A stretch of 16,320 nucleotides of DNA, taken from NCBI GenBank assembly GCA_051747805.1, contig JBNJGP010000058.1, forward strand, positions 1 to 16,320, in the 5' to 3' direction. How positions within the stretch are numbered: the stretch's first letter is position 1; each line of letters begins with the position of its first letter. Below, piece after piece: positions 16,251 through 16,320 of the stretch. The position numbers and the translations under genes were made by a program. The notes below the pieces were generated by a model, which was not told the DNA's origin, ran no database searches, and worked only from the letters and a program-made list of their open reading frames with translations. The DNA is from Candidatus Muiribacteriota bacterium (GTDB taxonomy: Bacteria > Muiribacteriota > Muiribacteriia > Muiribacteriales > Muiribacteriaceae).

Positions 16251-16320
16251 TTAAAATTATATTACTTCAAAAATAACAAAAAACCGCTTATAAGAGCAGT
16301 TATTGTCCCACACTTACTTT
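16251..16320 (-). repeat. Intergenic repeat module A, copy 2 (inverted, reaches the window edge)
   Basis: Reverse complement AAAGTAAGTGTGGGACAATAACTGCTCTTA...GGTTTTTTGTTATTTTTGAAGTAATATAATTTTAA aligns with 5921-5988. Confidence 0.8.

Overview
AT-rich bacterial chromosomal window, probably from a diderm, since it encodes two SLH plus beta-barrel (OmpM-like) proteins. It has 13 protein-coding genes: an HTH-fused beta-class DNA methyltransferase, an exported ankyrin-repeat protein, a DUF952 protein, a small TPR-like protein, an asparagine-synthase-like amide ligase lacking the catalytic N-terminal Cys, a YgjP/M48-type metallohydrolase, thyX, two SLH/barrel envelope proteins, a divergent orphan flhF, a FecR-domain protein, a BMP-family binding protein and two exported hypotheticals (165 aa and 722 aa). 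The most notable signal is non-coding, in the convergent intergenic region 5908-6288. It contains a canonical 28-bp XerC/XerD dif site (6205-6232) bracketed by two perfect, inverted DnaA boxes (one directly abutting dif) plus a third near-perfect box. An inverted, internally deleted partial copy of dif lies 76 bp away. Two short repeat modules in this region recur, rearranged, at the right edge of the window. Gene orientation converges on the site, which favours the replication terminus. I do not recognise this DnaA-box-caged dif arrangement as a described system, but that needs a database check.
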